A DNA stretch of 62,968 nucleotides, filler included. It is 3 parts of 3 records of this genome, joined end to end, with 100 filler letters (N's around TTAATTAATTAA, not from the genome) between each part and the next. Parts side by side here need not be neighbours in the genome. Positions count along the whole stretch, not along the records: positions 1 to 23,176 come from DRR378314_64; positions 23,277 to 49,661 come from DRR378314_67; 1 more part is not named here. One strand, given 5' to 3'. Made by a program: the position numbers and the translations under genes. Below are positions 19,206 to 28,850 of this stretch, piece after piece (position 1 is the first letter of the stretch; the number at the start of each line of letters is the position of its first letter). The notes beneath the pieces were generated by a model. That model made no database searches and had not been told where the DNA came from. It saw only the letters and a list, made by a program, of their open reading frames with translations.

Positions 19206-20117
19206 TTATTCTGAAACGGGCGGCAGATACCGCTGCTCAAGTTCGGATCTCAGCGGGTCATCTTTGGGTAGCGATTTGATCGACGAATTGGTTTTGATTG
19301 TTGTCTCAACGGTTTTATTTGCCAGATGCTTTTCACAAAACTTGCTTAAGGAATCGTTTCGCACATGGTTGATACAGGCTAACGTGATTTCATCGGTTTC
19401 GAAGGTCATTTTCACGATATCCTTAATGACATTGGCAACGGTTGCCACATCTTCGTTAGATGAAACAGTTTTCACAACAACCTGGCCATCCCCCTCTGCC
19501 TGGGTTTCAACGCTTTCTTCACCTTCATCTTCATCTTCGTTTTCGCCTGCACCGACTGCAGCGCCTTTGACCTTGGAGTCTGTTTTTGTACTGACCACCA
19601 CCATATTGGGCTGGATTGCACCGGTAAGCTGTTCAATGGCCAGGATAGAGACAATGATCCGCTGATCCCGCCCGGCCTGAATGGCAAACTCCTGCGCTGA
19701 AATGGCACCGTTCATATAGCGTTCGCAAAGTCGATACATCATATCGCGCAGGATCGTGATGGTCTGCGTGCGAAGGCCGATATTGGTTCCTGTCTCGGCA
19801 ATGGATCTGGACAGCTTGGCGGAAACATCGGCCTTTTGCGGAACGCTTAAGTTGGCCGATAAACCCAAAGAGGAGCTTAAAACGGTGAAGGCATCGGGAC
19901 TTGGTTCGGCGCAGTAGCGGGTAATGGTTTGTGTTTTGGATCCATCTGAACTTGGTTCGGTGATTTGATTGGAAAGGATCGCCCGTTGTTTGGCATCAAC
20001 AAACACGGCCTTGTTTTCTTTGAATTCTGCCGTCCGGAAGATGGAATGTTCGTTCGCCGCTCCGCAGGCCGTCAACAGGCCCACCGCGATCAAACTGCCG
20101 AATTTCAGTAATTTCAT
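19206..20117 (-). CDS. Uncharacterised lipoprotein
   Basis: Lipobox LLTAC, strong SD GGAGGGG, motifs DAKQR, CAEPSPDA, LRDMMYRLCE; acidic linker. Confidence 0.8.
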   Translation of the reverse strand: MKLLKFGSLIAVGLLTACGAANEHSIFRTAEFKENKAVFVDAKQRAILSNQITEPSSDGSKTQTITRYCAEPSPDAFTVLSSSLGLSANLSVPQKADVSAKLSRSIAETGTNIGLRTQTITILRDMMYRLCERYMNGAISAQEFAIQAGRDQRIIVSILAIEQLTGAIQPNMVVVSTKTDSKVKGAAVGAGENEDEDEGEESVETQAEGDGQVVVKTVSSNEDVATVANVIKDIVKMTFETDEITLACINHVRNDSLSKFCEKHLANKTVETTIKTNSSIKSLPKDDPLRSELEQRYLPPVSE

Positions 20118-20214
20118 TGTCCCCCTCCAACGCCAAATTTCTAAAAATTAGAGTTCCATAATGAAGGGGAATAATCAAGTGGAAAAGGGGTCGTTTTCCT
20201 CGCTTATTCGGTGT

Positions 20215-20763
20215 TTAAAAACTGGGTGGAGTGCAGGCGCTGACGACGACAGTGTCTTCATCGCCGATGCAGCGGAAACGGTGGGGTTGGTGGCTTTCAA
20301 AATAAAAGGCATCACCGGCTTTTAGGGTCTTGCGGTCACTGCCGACAGTGATCTCCAGTTTGCCTTTGACAACAACACCGGCTTCCTCCCCCTGATGGGT
20401 GAGCATGTTCCGGCCTGTGTCGGCGCCGGGTTTGTAGGTTTCATGCAGAACCTGTAACGCTTTTCCCGTCAGGTCCCGGCCAACCTGACGATATTCGATT
20501 TTGCCTTCTGAAATGCGGATCAGCTCTTCTTTTTCAAAGAAGATTTTCCGGCGGGAGGAGAAATCATGCGCAAAAAATTCGGACAGGGCGATGGGAAATC
20601 CATCCAGCACTTTTTTCAATGAACCAACGGACGGGCTGGTGCGGTTTTGTTCAATCATGGAAATGGTTCCGTTGGTCACCCCGGCGCGGCTTGCCAATTC
20701 GCGCTGGGACAGGCCTTGTTCTTCGCGCAGCGCCCGCAGGCGCGCACCAATATCGATGTCCAT
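20215..20763 (-). CDS. puuR: XRE-cupin transcriptional regulator (PuuR-like)
   Basis: LSQRELASRAGVTNGTISMIEQNRTSPSV HTH plus cupin HQGEEAG...PHRF. Confidence 0.85.
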   Translation of the reverse strand: MDIDIGARLRALREEQGLSQRELASRAGVTNGTISMIEQNRTSPSVGSLKKVLDGFPIALSEFFAHDFSSRRKIFFEKEELIRISEGKIEYRQVGRDLTGKALQVLHETYKPGADTGRNMLTHQGEEAGVVVKGKLEITVGSDRKTLKAGDAFYFESHQPHRFRCIGDEDTVVVSACTPPSF

Positions 20764-20788
20764 AATTTACCCTTTGATTCTCGTTTGT

Positions 20789-20808
20789 GTGTTTAAAATA
20801 TTAAACAC
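20789..20808. promoter_or_regulatory. Palindromic operator, candidate PuuR-like binding site
   Basis: GTGTTTAA-AATA-TTAAACAC with perfect 8-bp arms in the divergent intergenic region. Confidence 0.7.
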
Positions 20809-20919
20809 CAAAATCAAAATGAAAAGCGAAAAGTGGCAGAAAACCAGGGCATAATTTTTTGCTTGTTGTGAAGCCTGATCTTGATACCGTCAATTTATAC
20901 AGTTTAATGGGGAATAAAT

Positions 20920-22239
20920 ATGTCGAGCAATACAGCGAATAATTTAGATGCCTTCTGGATGCCGTTTTCCGCAAACCGGCAGTTCAAAGCCAACCCGCGC
21001 ATGCTGGTCAGCGCCAAGGATATGCATTATACCAATTCTGAAGGCCAGAAAATTCTGGACGGAACTGCGGGCCTGTGGTGCTGTAATGCGGGCCATGGAC
21101 GGCAAAAAATCGTTGATGCCGTCAGCGCCCAGATCGGCCAGATGGATTACGCACCAGCCTTCCAGATGGGCCATCCCAGGGTGTTTGAGCTGGCCGCGCG
21201 AATTTCGGCCATGATGCCAAACGGTCTGGATCATGTCTTCTTTACCAATTCCGGCTCTGAATCCGTGGATACGGCGTTGAAAATTGCGCTCGCTTACCAC
21301 CGGGCTAAAGGTGATGGCGCGCGGACCCGGCTGATCGGTCGGGAGCGGGGCTATCATGGTGTTGGTTTCGGCGGAATTTCGGTTGGCGGTATTGTCTCTA
21401 ACCGAAAGGCGTTTGGAACCTTGCTCACCGGTGTGGATCATCTTCCCCATACCCACCTGCCAGAGAAAAATGCCTTCAGTCGCGGCTTGCCCGAACATGG
21501 TGTGGAACTGGCGGATGAGTTGGAACGGATCGTGACCCTGCATGATGCCTCAACCATTGCCGCGGTAATTGTCGAACCGATTGCCGGATCAACTGGTGTG
21601 ATCCTGCCGCCCAAAGGATATTTGCAACGGCTGCGCCAGATTTGCGACAAGCACGGCATTCTGTTGATCTTTGATGAAGTGATCACGGGCTTTGGACGTC
21701 TGGGTTCCGCCTTCGCGACCGAGCATTTCGATGTACAGCCGGACATGATCACCATGGCCAAGGGGCTGACCAGTGGCACCATCCCAATGGGCGGTGTTGT
21801 CTGCTCCAAGGATATTTATGATACCTTCATGACCGGGCCTGAGAACATGATCGAACTGTTCCATGGATATACCTATTCCGGTCACCCTGTGGCAGCGGCG
21901 GCGGCCTTGGCCACTTTGGATATCTATCAGGAAGAAGGGTTGTTCGAACGGGCGAACGCTCTAGCTCCTTATTGGGAGGATGCTGTACATTCCCTGAAAG
22001 ATTGCCCGAATGTGATTGATATTCGAAACCTTGGCTTGATCGGTGCCATCGAACTCGCACCGATAGAGGGCAAGCCAACAGCACGGGCGTTTGAGGCGTT
22101 TTTGAAAGCCTATGAAAAAGGGCTGATGATCCGGACCACCGGCGATATTATCGCACTCTCCCCGCCATTGATCTGTGAAAAAGAACATATTGATCAGATC
22201 TTTGACACCCTTAGGACTGTATTACACGAGGTGGCCTGA
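20920..22239 (+). CDS. Omega-amino acid:pyruvate aminotransferase (class III, BauA-like)
   Basis: FWMPF, DGTAGLWCCNAGH, NSGSES, DEVITGFGRLG, TMAKGLT (PLP Lys), HGYTYSGHP. Confidence 0.92.
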   Translation: MSSNTANNLDAFWMPFSANRQFKANPRMLVSAKDMHYTNSEGQKILDGTAGLWCCNAGHGRQKIVDAVSAQIGQMDYAPAFQMGHPRVFELAARISAMMPNGLDHVFFTNSGSESVDTALKIALAYHRAKGDGARTRLIGRERGYHGVGFGGISVGGIVSNRKAFGTLLTGVDHLPHTHLPEKNAFSRGLPEHGVELADELERIVTLHDASTIAAVIVEPIAGSTGVILPPKGYLQRLRQICDKHGILLIFDEVITGFGRLGSAFATEHFDVQPDMITMAKGLTSGTIPMGGVVCSKDIYDTFMTGPENMIELFHGYTYSGHPVAAAAALATLDIYQEEGLFERANALAPYWEDAVHSLKDCPNVIDIRNLGLIGAIELAPIEGKPTARAFEAFLKAYEKGLMIRTTGDIIALSPPLICEKEHIDQIFDTLRTVLHEVA

Positions 22240-22267
22240 CAGCACCTCACAACTGGGAGACAAAGTT

Positions 22268-23176
22268 ATGTTAATTGGTGTACCTGCCGAAATTAAGACA
22301 CTGGAGTCGCGGATCGGACTGACCCCGGCTGCGGTTCGCGAAGCCGTCGCCAATGGCCACCAGGTGGTGGTTCAGCGGGACGGAGGCCTTAAAATCGGAC
22401 TGACCAACGAAGAATATGAGGCGGCGGGCGCAAAAATTGCCGATACTGCTGAGGAAATTTTTGCAACTGCCGACATGATCGTCAAAGTGAAAGAGCCGCA
22501 ACCGCAGGAATGTAAAATGCTGCGCGAAGGCCAATTGCTGTTTACCTATTTGCATCTGGCCCCTGATCCGGCGCAAGCCAAAGGCCTGATGGAGTCCGGT
22601 TGCACGGCCATTGCCTACGAAACGGTTACCAGTCCTCGTGGCGGCTTGCCGTTGCTGGCCCCGATGAGTGAGGTTGCCGGTCGCATGTCCATTCAGGCCG
22701 GTGCGCATTGCCTTGAAATGCGTCAGGGCGGCGAAGGGGTGCTGCTTGGTGGTGTTCCGGGCGTTCCGGCGGCTGACGTTGTGGTGCTTGGCGGCGGTGT
22801 TGTCGGCATTAATGCAGCCCGTATGGCAATGGGTCTTGGGGCGTCGGTGACCGTTTTGGATAATTCCATTCCCCGGCTGGCGGAACTGGATGCTTTATTC
22901 GGCCCACAACTGAAAACCATTTATTCCAGCCGTGATACGGTCGAAGAATATGTGACCCGTGCGGATCTGGTCGTTGGTGCGGTGTTGATCCCGGGGGCTG
23001 CGGCGCCAAAACTGGTGCGCAAATCTCATTTGGCAAATATGAAAAACGGATCCGTTGTGGTGGATGTGGCCATTGATCAGGGCGGCTGTTTTGAAACGTC
23101 GCATGCCACCACCCATATTGAGCCAACTTTTGTGGTCGATGGGGTTGTGCATTATTGCGTTGCCAATATGCCGGGC
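22268..23176 (+). CDS. ald: Alanine dehydrogenase, truncated by the contig end
   Basis: [55 protein letters not shown]. Confidence 0.95.
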
Positions 23177-23276
23177 NNNNNNNNNNNNNNNNNNNNNNNN
23201 NNNNNNNNNNNNNNNNNNNNTTAATTAATTAANNNNNNNNNNNNNNNNNNNNNNNNNNNNNNNNNNNNNNNNNNNN
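23177..23276. other. Artificial contig spacer
   Basis: N run with central TTAATTAATTAA (23221-23232), which gives stops in all frames. Confidence 0.98.
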
Positions 23277-23306
23277 ATTTTAATCCGCAAAGGTCAACAG
23301 ACCCTA
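23277..23306. mobile_element. Terminus of a MITE-like repeat
   Basis: ATTTTAATCCGCAAAGGTCAACAGACCC-TA; nearly identical to 49763-49790 and to the reverse complement of 49565-49594. Confidence 0.8.
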
Positions 23307-23380
23307 ATAAATACGAAGGCATACTAAAATTAATAAGGTTTGAATAAAGTAAGTGTAATAGGTTTATTGTTTTAAACAAT

Positions 23381-23410
23381 AAAGAATACCAGCCTAAGCT
23401 GGTATTCTTT
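23381..23410 (-). terminator. Intrinsic terminator after the AbgT gene
   Basis: AAAGAATACCAGC-CTAA-GCTGGTATTCTTT perfect stem. Confidence 0.85.
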
Positions 23411-23418
23411 CACTGGTA

Positions 23419-25017
23419 TTAAGGCGTGTAATAAATAGGGGAGCCAGGGCCAACGGGTAACCCTAAAACAAAGACCCATAAATAAAACAGTACAACCCAA
23501 CCAACAAAGAAGAACATGCTATAAGGCAGCATTGTGGCAACAAGTGTACCAATACCCATGTCCTTTTTATATTTAGTTGCAACAGCGAGGATGAGGCCAA
23601 AGTAACTCATCATAGGCGTAATTAAGTTTGTTACCGAGTCTCCAATTCTGTATGCCGCTTGAATTGTTTCTGGCGCGTAACCGATCAACATTAGCATTGG
23701 AACAAATATAGGTGCGGTAACAGCCCACTGAGCAGAGGAAGAGCCTAGGCTTAAATTGACAAGCGCGCACATGAAAATAAACAATACAAACACCTCAGGG
23801 CCAGTCAAATTAAGTGCTTGAAGTAGCGCTGCGCCATTAATTGCCAAAATAGTACCTAGATTTGTCCATTTGAAGAATGCAACAAACTGTGCAGCAAAGA
23901 ATACAAGCACAATGTACATACCCATTGAACTCATGCTCTTGCTCATAGCATCAATGACATCTTTATCGTTCTTCATGGTACCGACCACACGACCATAAAC
24001 AAAACCTGGGATACCAAACGTCACGAATATAAAGACCACAATGCCTTTCAAAAACGGAGAGTGCGCAACAAGGCCCGTCTCTGGGTTACGTAAAATGCCA
24101 TCAGCCGGTACGATAGTCCACGCCAATAAAAGAGAAACTAAAAGTAAAGATACCCCAGCCCACTTCAAGCCTGTTTTTTCTAATGCAGTTAACCCTTCTA
24201 TATTGTTATCAGCTAAATCGGCGCTGGCGTCATCAGGGTTATACTTTCCTAGACGTGGTTCGACAATTTTTTCAGTAACAAAGGTGCCTAAAAGCGCAAT
24301 AAGCAATACCGATATCATCATAAAATACCAGTTGGCCTCAGCGCCTACTTGATATGTAGGGTCAATCATTTGTGCGGCTGGAGTGGTAATACCGGCAAGA
24401 AGTGGATCGATAGTTCCGAGTAATAAGTTTGCACTGTAACCACCCGATACACCAGCAAACGCGGCAGCTAAGCCAGCAAGAGGGTGGCGGCCTAGGCTAT
24501 GGAAAATCATTGCGGCTAGTGGAATTAATACAACATAGCCAAGCTCAGATGCTGTATTTGACAATATGGCAGCAAAGACCACCATAAATGTAACTAATCG
24601 CTTAGAGGCGCCCATCACCATGCCACGCATTGCTGCAGATAAAAGGCCTGAATGTTCGGCAACACTCACGCCAAGTAATGCAACGAGTACGGTGCCCAGT
24701 GGAGCAAAACTTGTAAAGTTAGTCACTAAACCTGTGACGATACGCTGCAGACCTTCGGCGCTTAATAAACTTACAACCTCAATAACCCCATCAGGATCGC
24801 GCCCTGCAGAACCAACAGGACGAGGGTCTATAGCGCTTAAGCCAAACCAATCGGCTATACCGCTGAAGACGATGATCGCCACACAAAACATCGCAAATAA
24901 AGTGATAGGGTGGGGCAACATATTCCCCAAAAACTCAACAGTAGATAAAAATCGGTTAAATAAGCCCGATTCTTTTTTTGTTTCCGTTGAGTTTGCAGTG
25001 TCAACTGCTTTAGACAT
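23419..25017 (-). CDS. AbgT family transporter
   Basis: VEFLGNMLPHP, FTSFAPLG, GRHPLAG, GGYSANL, YRIGDS, PVGPG. Confidence 0.93.
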   Translation of the reverse strand: MSKAVDTANSTETKKESGLFNRFLSTVEFLGNMLPHPITLFAMFCVAIIVFSGIADWFGLSAIDPRPVGSAGRDPDGVIEVVSLLSAEGLQRIVTGLVTNFTSFAPLGTVLVALLGVSVAEHSGLLSAAMRGMVMGASKRLVTFMVVFAAILSNTASELGYVVLIPLAAMIFHSLGRHPLAGLAAAFAGVSGGYSANLLLGTIDPLLAGITTPAAQMIDPTYQVGAEANWYFMMISVLLIALLGTFVTEKIVEPRLGKYNPDDASADLADNNIEGLTALEKTGLKWAGVSLLLVSLLLAWTIVPADGILRNPETGLVAHSPFLKGIVVFIFVTFGIPGFVYGRVVGTMKNDKDVIDAMSKSMSSMGMYIVLVFFAAQFVAFFKWTNLGTILAINGAALLQALNLTGPEVFVLFIFMCALVNLSLGSSSAQWAVTAPIFVPMLMLIGYAPETIQAAYRIGDSVTNLITPMMSYFGLILAVATKYKKDMGIGTLVATMLPYSMFFFVGWVVLFYLWVFVLGLPVGPGSPIYYTP

Positions 25018-25120
25018 AGCAAATTACTCAAAATTATAAAAATTGCCGCAATTTACCATTTTTAGGCTGAGGTATCACCTATAAACGATGGCTTACTTGT
25101 TAGGTACGTTGAATGTGTAT

Positions 25121-25420
25121 TTAATTGACCACACCTTTAAATAAAAGAGGGTAGCGCCTTAACCTATTGCCTATATAATCGTCAGCCAAAATTTGTTCAC
25201 AAACCTGGTTAACATCATTACTTGCTTCAAATACCCAGTCAAACCGTTCTATAGCTAATAAAAAACCACGTTTCAAAAATTGTTGTTGCCTGTACTCATC
25301 AAGATTATTGCGAATAATGCTGAGCTTACTAGGATCAGCTTTTAAGTTATCAACAACTTGATTGATAAAAAGGGAATGTCTGCGCGATGTTGGACGTTGT
25401 CTTCGCTGTACTCTAGGCAC
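25121..25420 (-). CDS. Hypothetical protein (99 aa)
   Basis: GTG start with AGGAGG SD overlapping the upstream stop codon. Confidence 0.75.
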   Translation of the reverse strand: MPRVQRRQRPTSRRHSLFINQVVDNLKADPSKLSIIRNNLDEYRQQQFLKRGFLLAIERFDWVFEASNDVNQVCEQILADDYIGNRLRRYPLLFKGVVN

Positions 25421-25428
25421 TTTACCTC

Positions 25429-25686
25429 CTAAACATTTGCCAGTATGTTTGATAGCTTTTTGAGAAAGTCATCTTTGTGTTTATCGTGCTCATAATCTAG
25501 GTGATATGTGTTATGAAAACCAAAGCGCAATAGCACGCCACTGCCTTTAAGATAAATAGTATACCCATCAATATCAGAATAAGCAGTTAACCCCATGTAA
25601 AGCTTACCTTCTTGCGTATTCTCGCCGTGTTGAATGATTTGCTCATAAACAGCTAAAATTTGTTTACCTTCAATTTCGTTTTTCAT
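25429..25686 (-). CDS. Small conserved protein (DUF3081-like)
   Basis: AGGAGG SD; DIDGYTIYL...FGFHNTYHLDY motif. Confidence 0.75.
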   Translation of the reverse strand: MKNEIEGKQILAVYEQIIQHGENTQEGKLYMGLTAYSDIDGYTIYLKGSGVLLRFGFHNTYHLDYEHDKHKDDFLKKLSNILANV

Positions 25687-26456
25687 GATTCCTCCTTTTT
25701 TATTAATACGTTGAAAACGTCGCTTTGGTTTAATATTGGCTAATCTATAGTATATAAAATAAACCTACTTATGATTTAGATGTTTAATGGGGATAAAAAT
25801 ATCAAGGGCTAGTTTTTAAGCAAAAATGTCAGTAAACCCTATTAATTGATAAAGCATATTACTCACAACGTGATTTAGGTTTTGTTTCAAGTGAATCGCG
25901 CAAAGCATTTTCAGATATGAACCGCACTATTTTCAGCCAACTTTATCAACTGAACTCTATATTGCAATACATGAACAAATTGTGCACAAAACATACTGCT
26001 ATTTTAATTATAATCGATTACAGAAGTACTGGTGTGTTTTGTGACTTACTTGGGAGCTATGAGGTCACTCTAAAGATCTGTATCATGCAGTTGAGCCGCC
26101 ATTAACCGAACTTGCAAATATAATAAAAGTGCTGCCATGGGACTTATTAGCTGCTGATATTATAAAGGGCTGGTTTATAATTTTATTTGTGTTGCAACGC
26201 AGCTTAGTATGAGAGAACAACTGGATCTGCTGTTAGTTGATAAAATATCGATTGATGATTATTGATTAATCTCTCAACCATCTGATTTTTATGTAAAAGA
26301 CTATCTAAATTAGTGCCACCCTATTTAAGGCTTACGGGGCATGACTGAGTTTTGGCCGTTTTATTGGTGAGTTATCTTTTAAGTGTTTGAAAATAACGAT
26401 ATCCCTTTATTCTTATAACTGTTATTTAACCCAACGTTTTAAAATTGATTTATGCA

Positions 26457-26489
26457 AAAAAAACCTCACTAAATTAGTGAGGTTTTTTT
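26457..26489 (-). terminator. Intrinsic terminator of the ast operon
   Basis: A tract-CCTCACTA-AAT-TAGTGAGG-T tract. Confidence 0.88.
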
Positions 26490-26511
26490 ATGTCGCTATT
26501 TATGTGCTGTA

Positions 26512-27315
26512 TTAACGTGCGTTCGTGCTTTCAAATATCTTATCTGCCGAAGCTGCAACGAAACCAGTATAGAGCTCACCATCTGGTTTGTTATAACGAA
26601 GGGCAAACTCATAAAAACAGCTTGGTACACTCATTTTTGTGTCACTAAACTGAACTGCAAAGTCATCAGCCAGTGTTGATGATTGTTCAAGTAATACCTC
26701 AGGAGAGCCTTTTACTTCGCCACCAGAAGTATTTAATGCAAATCCAGCATCTTTAAGTGCTGTATTTACGGCTTCAATATTATCAAACTGGGCAAGTTCA
26801 TTAATGCTAACTGTAAAATGGTTTGCACGGTAACCCCAGGCAGACATCCATGCAGCGTATTCACTCTCTGCAAGTAGTTTTTTATAGGTATCAGAAGTTA
26901 CTTGCCAGTGTGTACCTGAATATAAGAAGTTCTCTGCCGTGACAGCACTTTCATCAATGCTGTTAACCATGTCACTCACGATAGCCTGTAGCTCTGGTGA
27001 GCATTTTTCTACTAGCAACTCAGAAATAAACACTTTTGGTTGGGTCGTATCTGGATGCTCATAATGTTTTGCATAAAGTTTTTTAGCTTCAAAATGGTAC
27101 TCGCCACATTCTTTATATCCTAACGCTAAAAAATGAGCTGCTAATTTTTCAAGGCCAATTTTTTCATGGTTAAAAGTGCGCAGTGCAATGTGATCATTTA
27201 GGATGTCATCTTTTTGAGTCGAGCCAAGTAACTCATGAACTTTTACGGCTGATGGAGTAACAGCTAAATAGTTTTGCCATAAGTTTTCAAATAATGTATT
27301 TACGTTTGTGTGCAT
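26512..27315 (-). CDS. DUF1338 family protein (HglS-like, VOC-fold metalloenzyme)
   Basis: NDHIALRT, PKVFISEL, ESEYAAW, ANHFTVS, LEQSST, FYEFALR, GFVAASADKIFEST. Confidence 0.88.
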   Translation of the reverse strand: MHTNVNTLFENLWQNYLAVTPSAVKVHELLGSTQKDDILNDHIALRTFNHEKIGLEKLAAHFLALGYKECGEYHFEAKKLYAKHYEHPDTTQPKVFISELLVEKCSPELQAIVSDMVNSIDESAVTAENFLYSGTHWQVTSDTYKKLLAESEYAAWMSAWGYRANHFTVSINELAQFDNIEAVNTALKDAGFALNTSGGEVKGSPEVLLEQSSTLADDFAVQFSDTKMSVPSCFYEFALRYNKPDGELYTGFVAASADKIFESTNAR

Positions 27316-27352
27316 TATAATTCCTTAATTTTTTGAGTATAGCGTCTGCTAA

Positions 27353-28834
27353 TTATTCGATGATTAAGCCCGGCGCAAGGGTCGAAGGTAAATTAACGTG
27401 TTCAGCTTCCACGGATGCAACAGGGTATGCGCAATAATCAGCTGCATAATATGCGCTTGCTCTGTGGTTACCACTTGCACCTATACCACCAAAAGGCGCA
27501 GCACTAGAAGCGCCAGTGATAGGTCTGTTCCAGTTAACAATACCGGCACGAATACGTTTTAAAAAGTGTTGATAGTCAGCGTGTGAATCGCTCAATAAGC
27601 CTGCAGATAAGCCAAATGAGGTGTTGTTTGCTTGTGCTATCACAGTATCAAAATCGTCATAGCGATATACTTTTATAAGTGGGCCAAAGTGCTCCTCGTC
27701 AGGTATATTGCTAATGTCGGTGACATCAATAATACCTGGGCTTACAAATCCAGTGCCAGCTTTCAAGTGTGTTAATTCAACTAATGAGTTTGCACCTAAA
27801 TCAATTAAAGCTTGTTGTGCTGAAACCATGCCTAAAGCAGCTTGTTCGCTGATCATTGCGCCCATAAATGGTTGAGGATCAGCAAAACTTTCATCGACAA
27901 CAATGTCCTTCGTTGCGCTAATAAGCTTAGCTAAAATAGCATCACCATTTTCTCCATTTTCAATGAATAGCCTGCGTGCACAAGTACATCGTTGACCCGA
28001 CGTTATAAAACCTGACTGGATAATATCGTGAACAGCTGCATTTACATCAGCAACATCTTTGACGATTAATGGGTTATTCCCCCCCATTTCAAGTGCAAGA
28101 ATTTTCCCCGGATGGCCTGCAAACTGCTTATGCAATAGATGCCCGGTGTTTGAGCTACCGGTGAAGAATAATCCATCAATATCTTGATGACTGGCAAGTG
28201 CTTTACCTGTTTCGACTTCACCTTGAACTAAATTAATTACGCCAGCAGGTAAGCCCGCTTTCAGCCACAATTCAAGAGTAAATTGTGCAACATAAGGAGT
28301 CAGTTCAGAAGGCTTAAACACCACCGTATTACCCGCTAAAATTGCTGGTACAATATGGCCATTAGGTAAGTGGCCTGGGAAGTTGTACGGGCCAAATATT
28401 GCCACAACGCCATGAGGTTTATGGCGAATGAAGGCTTTAGCACCTGGCATGGGGTTTTCAGTGGTGCCCGTACGTTCGTTGTAGGCTCTAACTGAAATAG
28501 CCACTTTACCCGTCATAGCACCCACTTCAGTGCGTGTTTCCCAAATGGGCTTGCCTGTTTCTTTTGCAATAATGGTGGCGAATTCTTCACTGTGTTTTTT
28601 TAACAAAGAGGCAAAATTTTCAAGTATGCTAATGCGTTCATCAAGCGGCGTATCAGCCCAATTAACCTGAGCGTTACGTGCAGCTTTAATTGCGTTGTCA
28701 ACTTGCTCTGGCGTTGCGCTTAAGCCTTGCCATAGTACCTCACCATTACTTGGGTTTATTGAGCTGAAGCTATGACCTAGACCTATTTGCCATTGGTTGT
28801 TTATCAGTTGATTGTTTTGTGATTCAAGACTCAT
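27353..28834 (-). CDS. astD: Succinylglutamate-semialdehyde dehydrogenase
   Basis: [48 protein letters not shown]. Confidence 0.95.
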   Translation of the reverse strand: MSLESQNNQLINNQWQIGLGHSFSSINPSNGEVLWQGLSATPEQVDNAIKAARNAQVNWADTPLDERISILENFASLLKKHSEEFATIIAKETGKPIWETRTEVGAMTGKVAISVRAYNERTGTTENPMPGAKAFIRHKPHGVVAIFGPYNFPGHLPNGHIVPAILAGNTVVFKPSELTPYVAQFTLELWLKAGLPAGVINLVQGEVETGKALASHQDIDGLFFTGSSNTGHLLHKQFAGHPGKILALEMGGNNPLIVKDVADVNAAVHDIIQSGFITSGQRCTCARRLFIENGENGDAILAKLISATKDIVVDESFADPQPFMGAMISEQAALGMVSAQQALIDLGANSLVELTHLKAGTGFVSPGIIDVTDISNIPDEEHFGPLIKVYRYDDFDTVIAQANNTSFGLSAGLLSDSHADYQHFLKRIRAGIVNWNRPITGASSAAPFGGIGASGNHRASAYYAADYCAYPVASVEAEHVNLPSTLAPGLIIE

Positions 28835-28850
28835 AGAATTCCTACTTTGT

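Noticed and set aside
22268-23176. ald as a pseudogene
   Set aside because: The frame is open up to the assembly gap, so the truncation is technical.
23221-23232. TTAATTAATTAA palindromic repeat (also 49706-49717)
   Set aside because: It sits inside N runs and is an artificial contig linker.
23277-23306. The roughly 30-bp repeat as a CRISPR repeat
   Set aside because: Copies are dispersed at contig ends in both orientations, with no spacer array and no cas genes.
23419-25017. AbgT as an N-succinylglutamate transporter linked to the ast operon
   Set aside because: It is separated from ast by a terminator, a long spacer and two unrelated genes; only substrate analogy supports the idea.
25917-26105. 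62-aa ORF in the long intergenic region
   Set aside because: No SD or recognisable motif, so it is not supportable as a gene.
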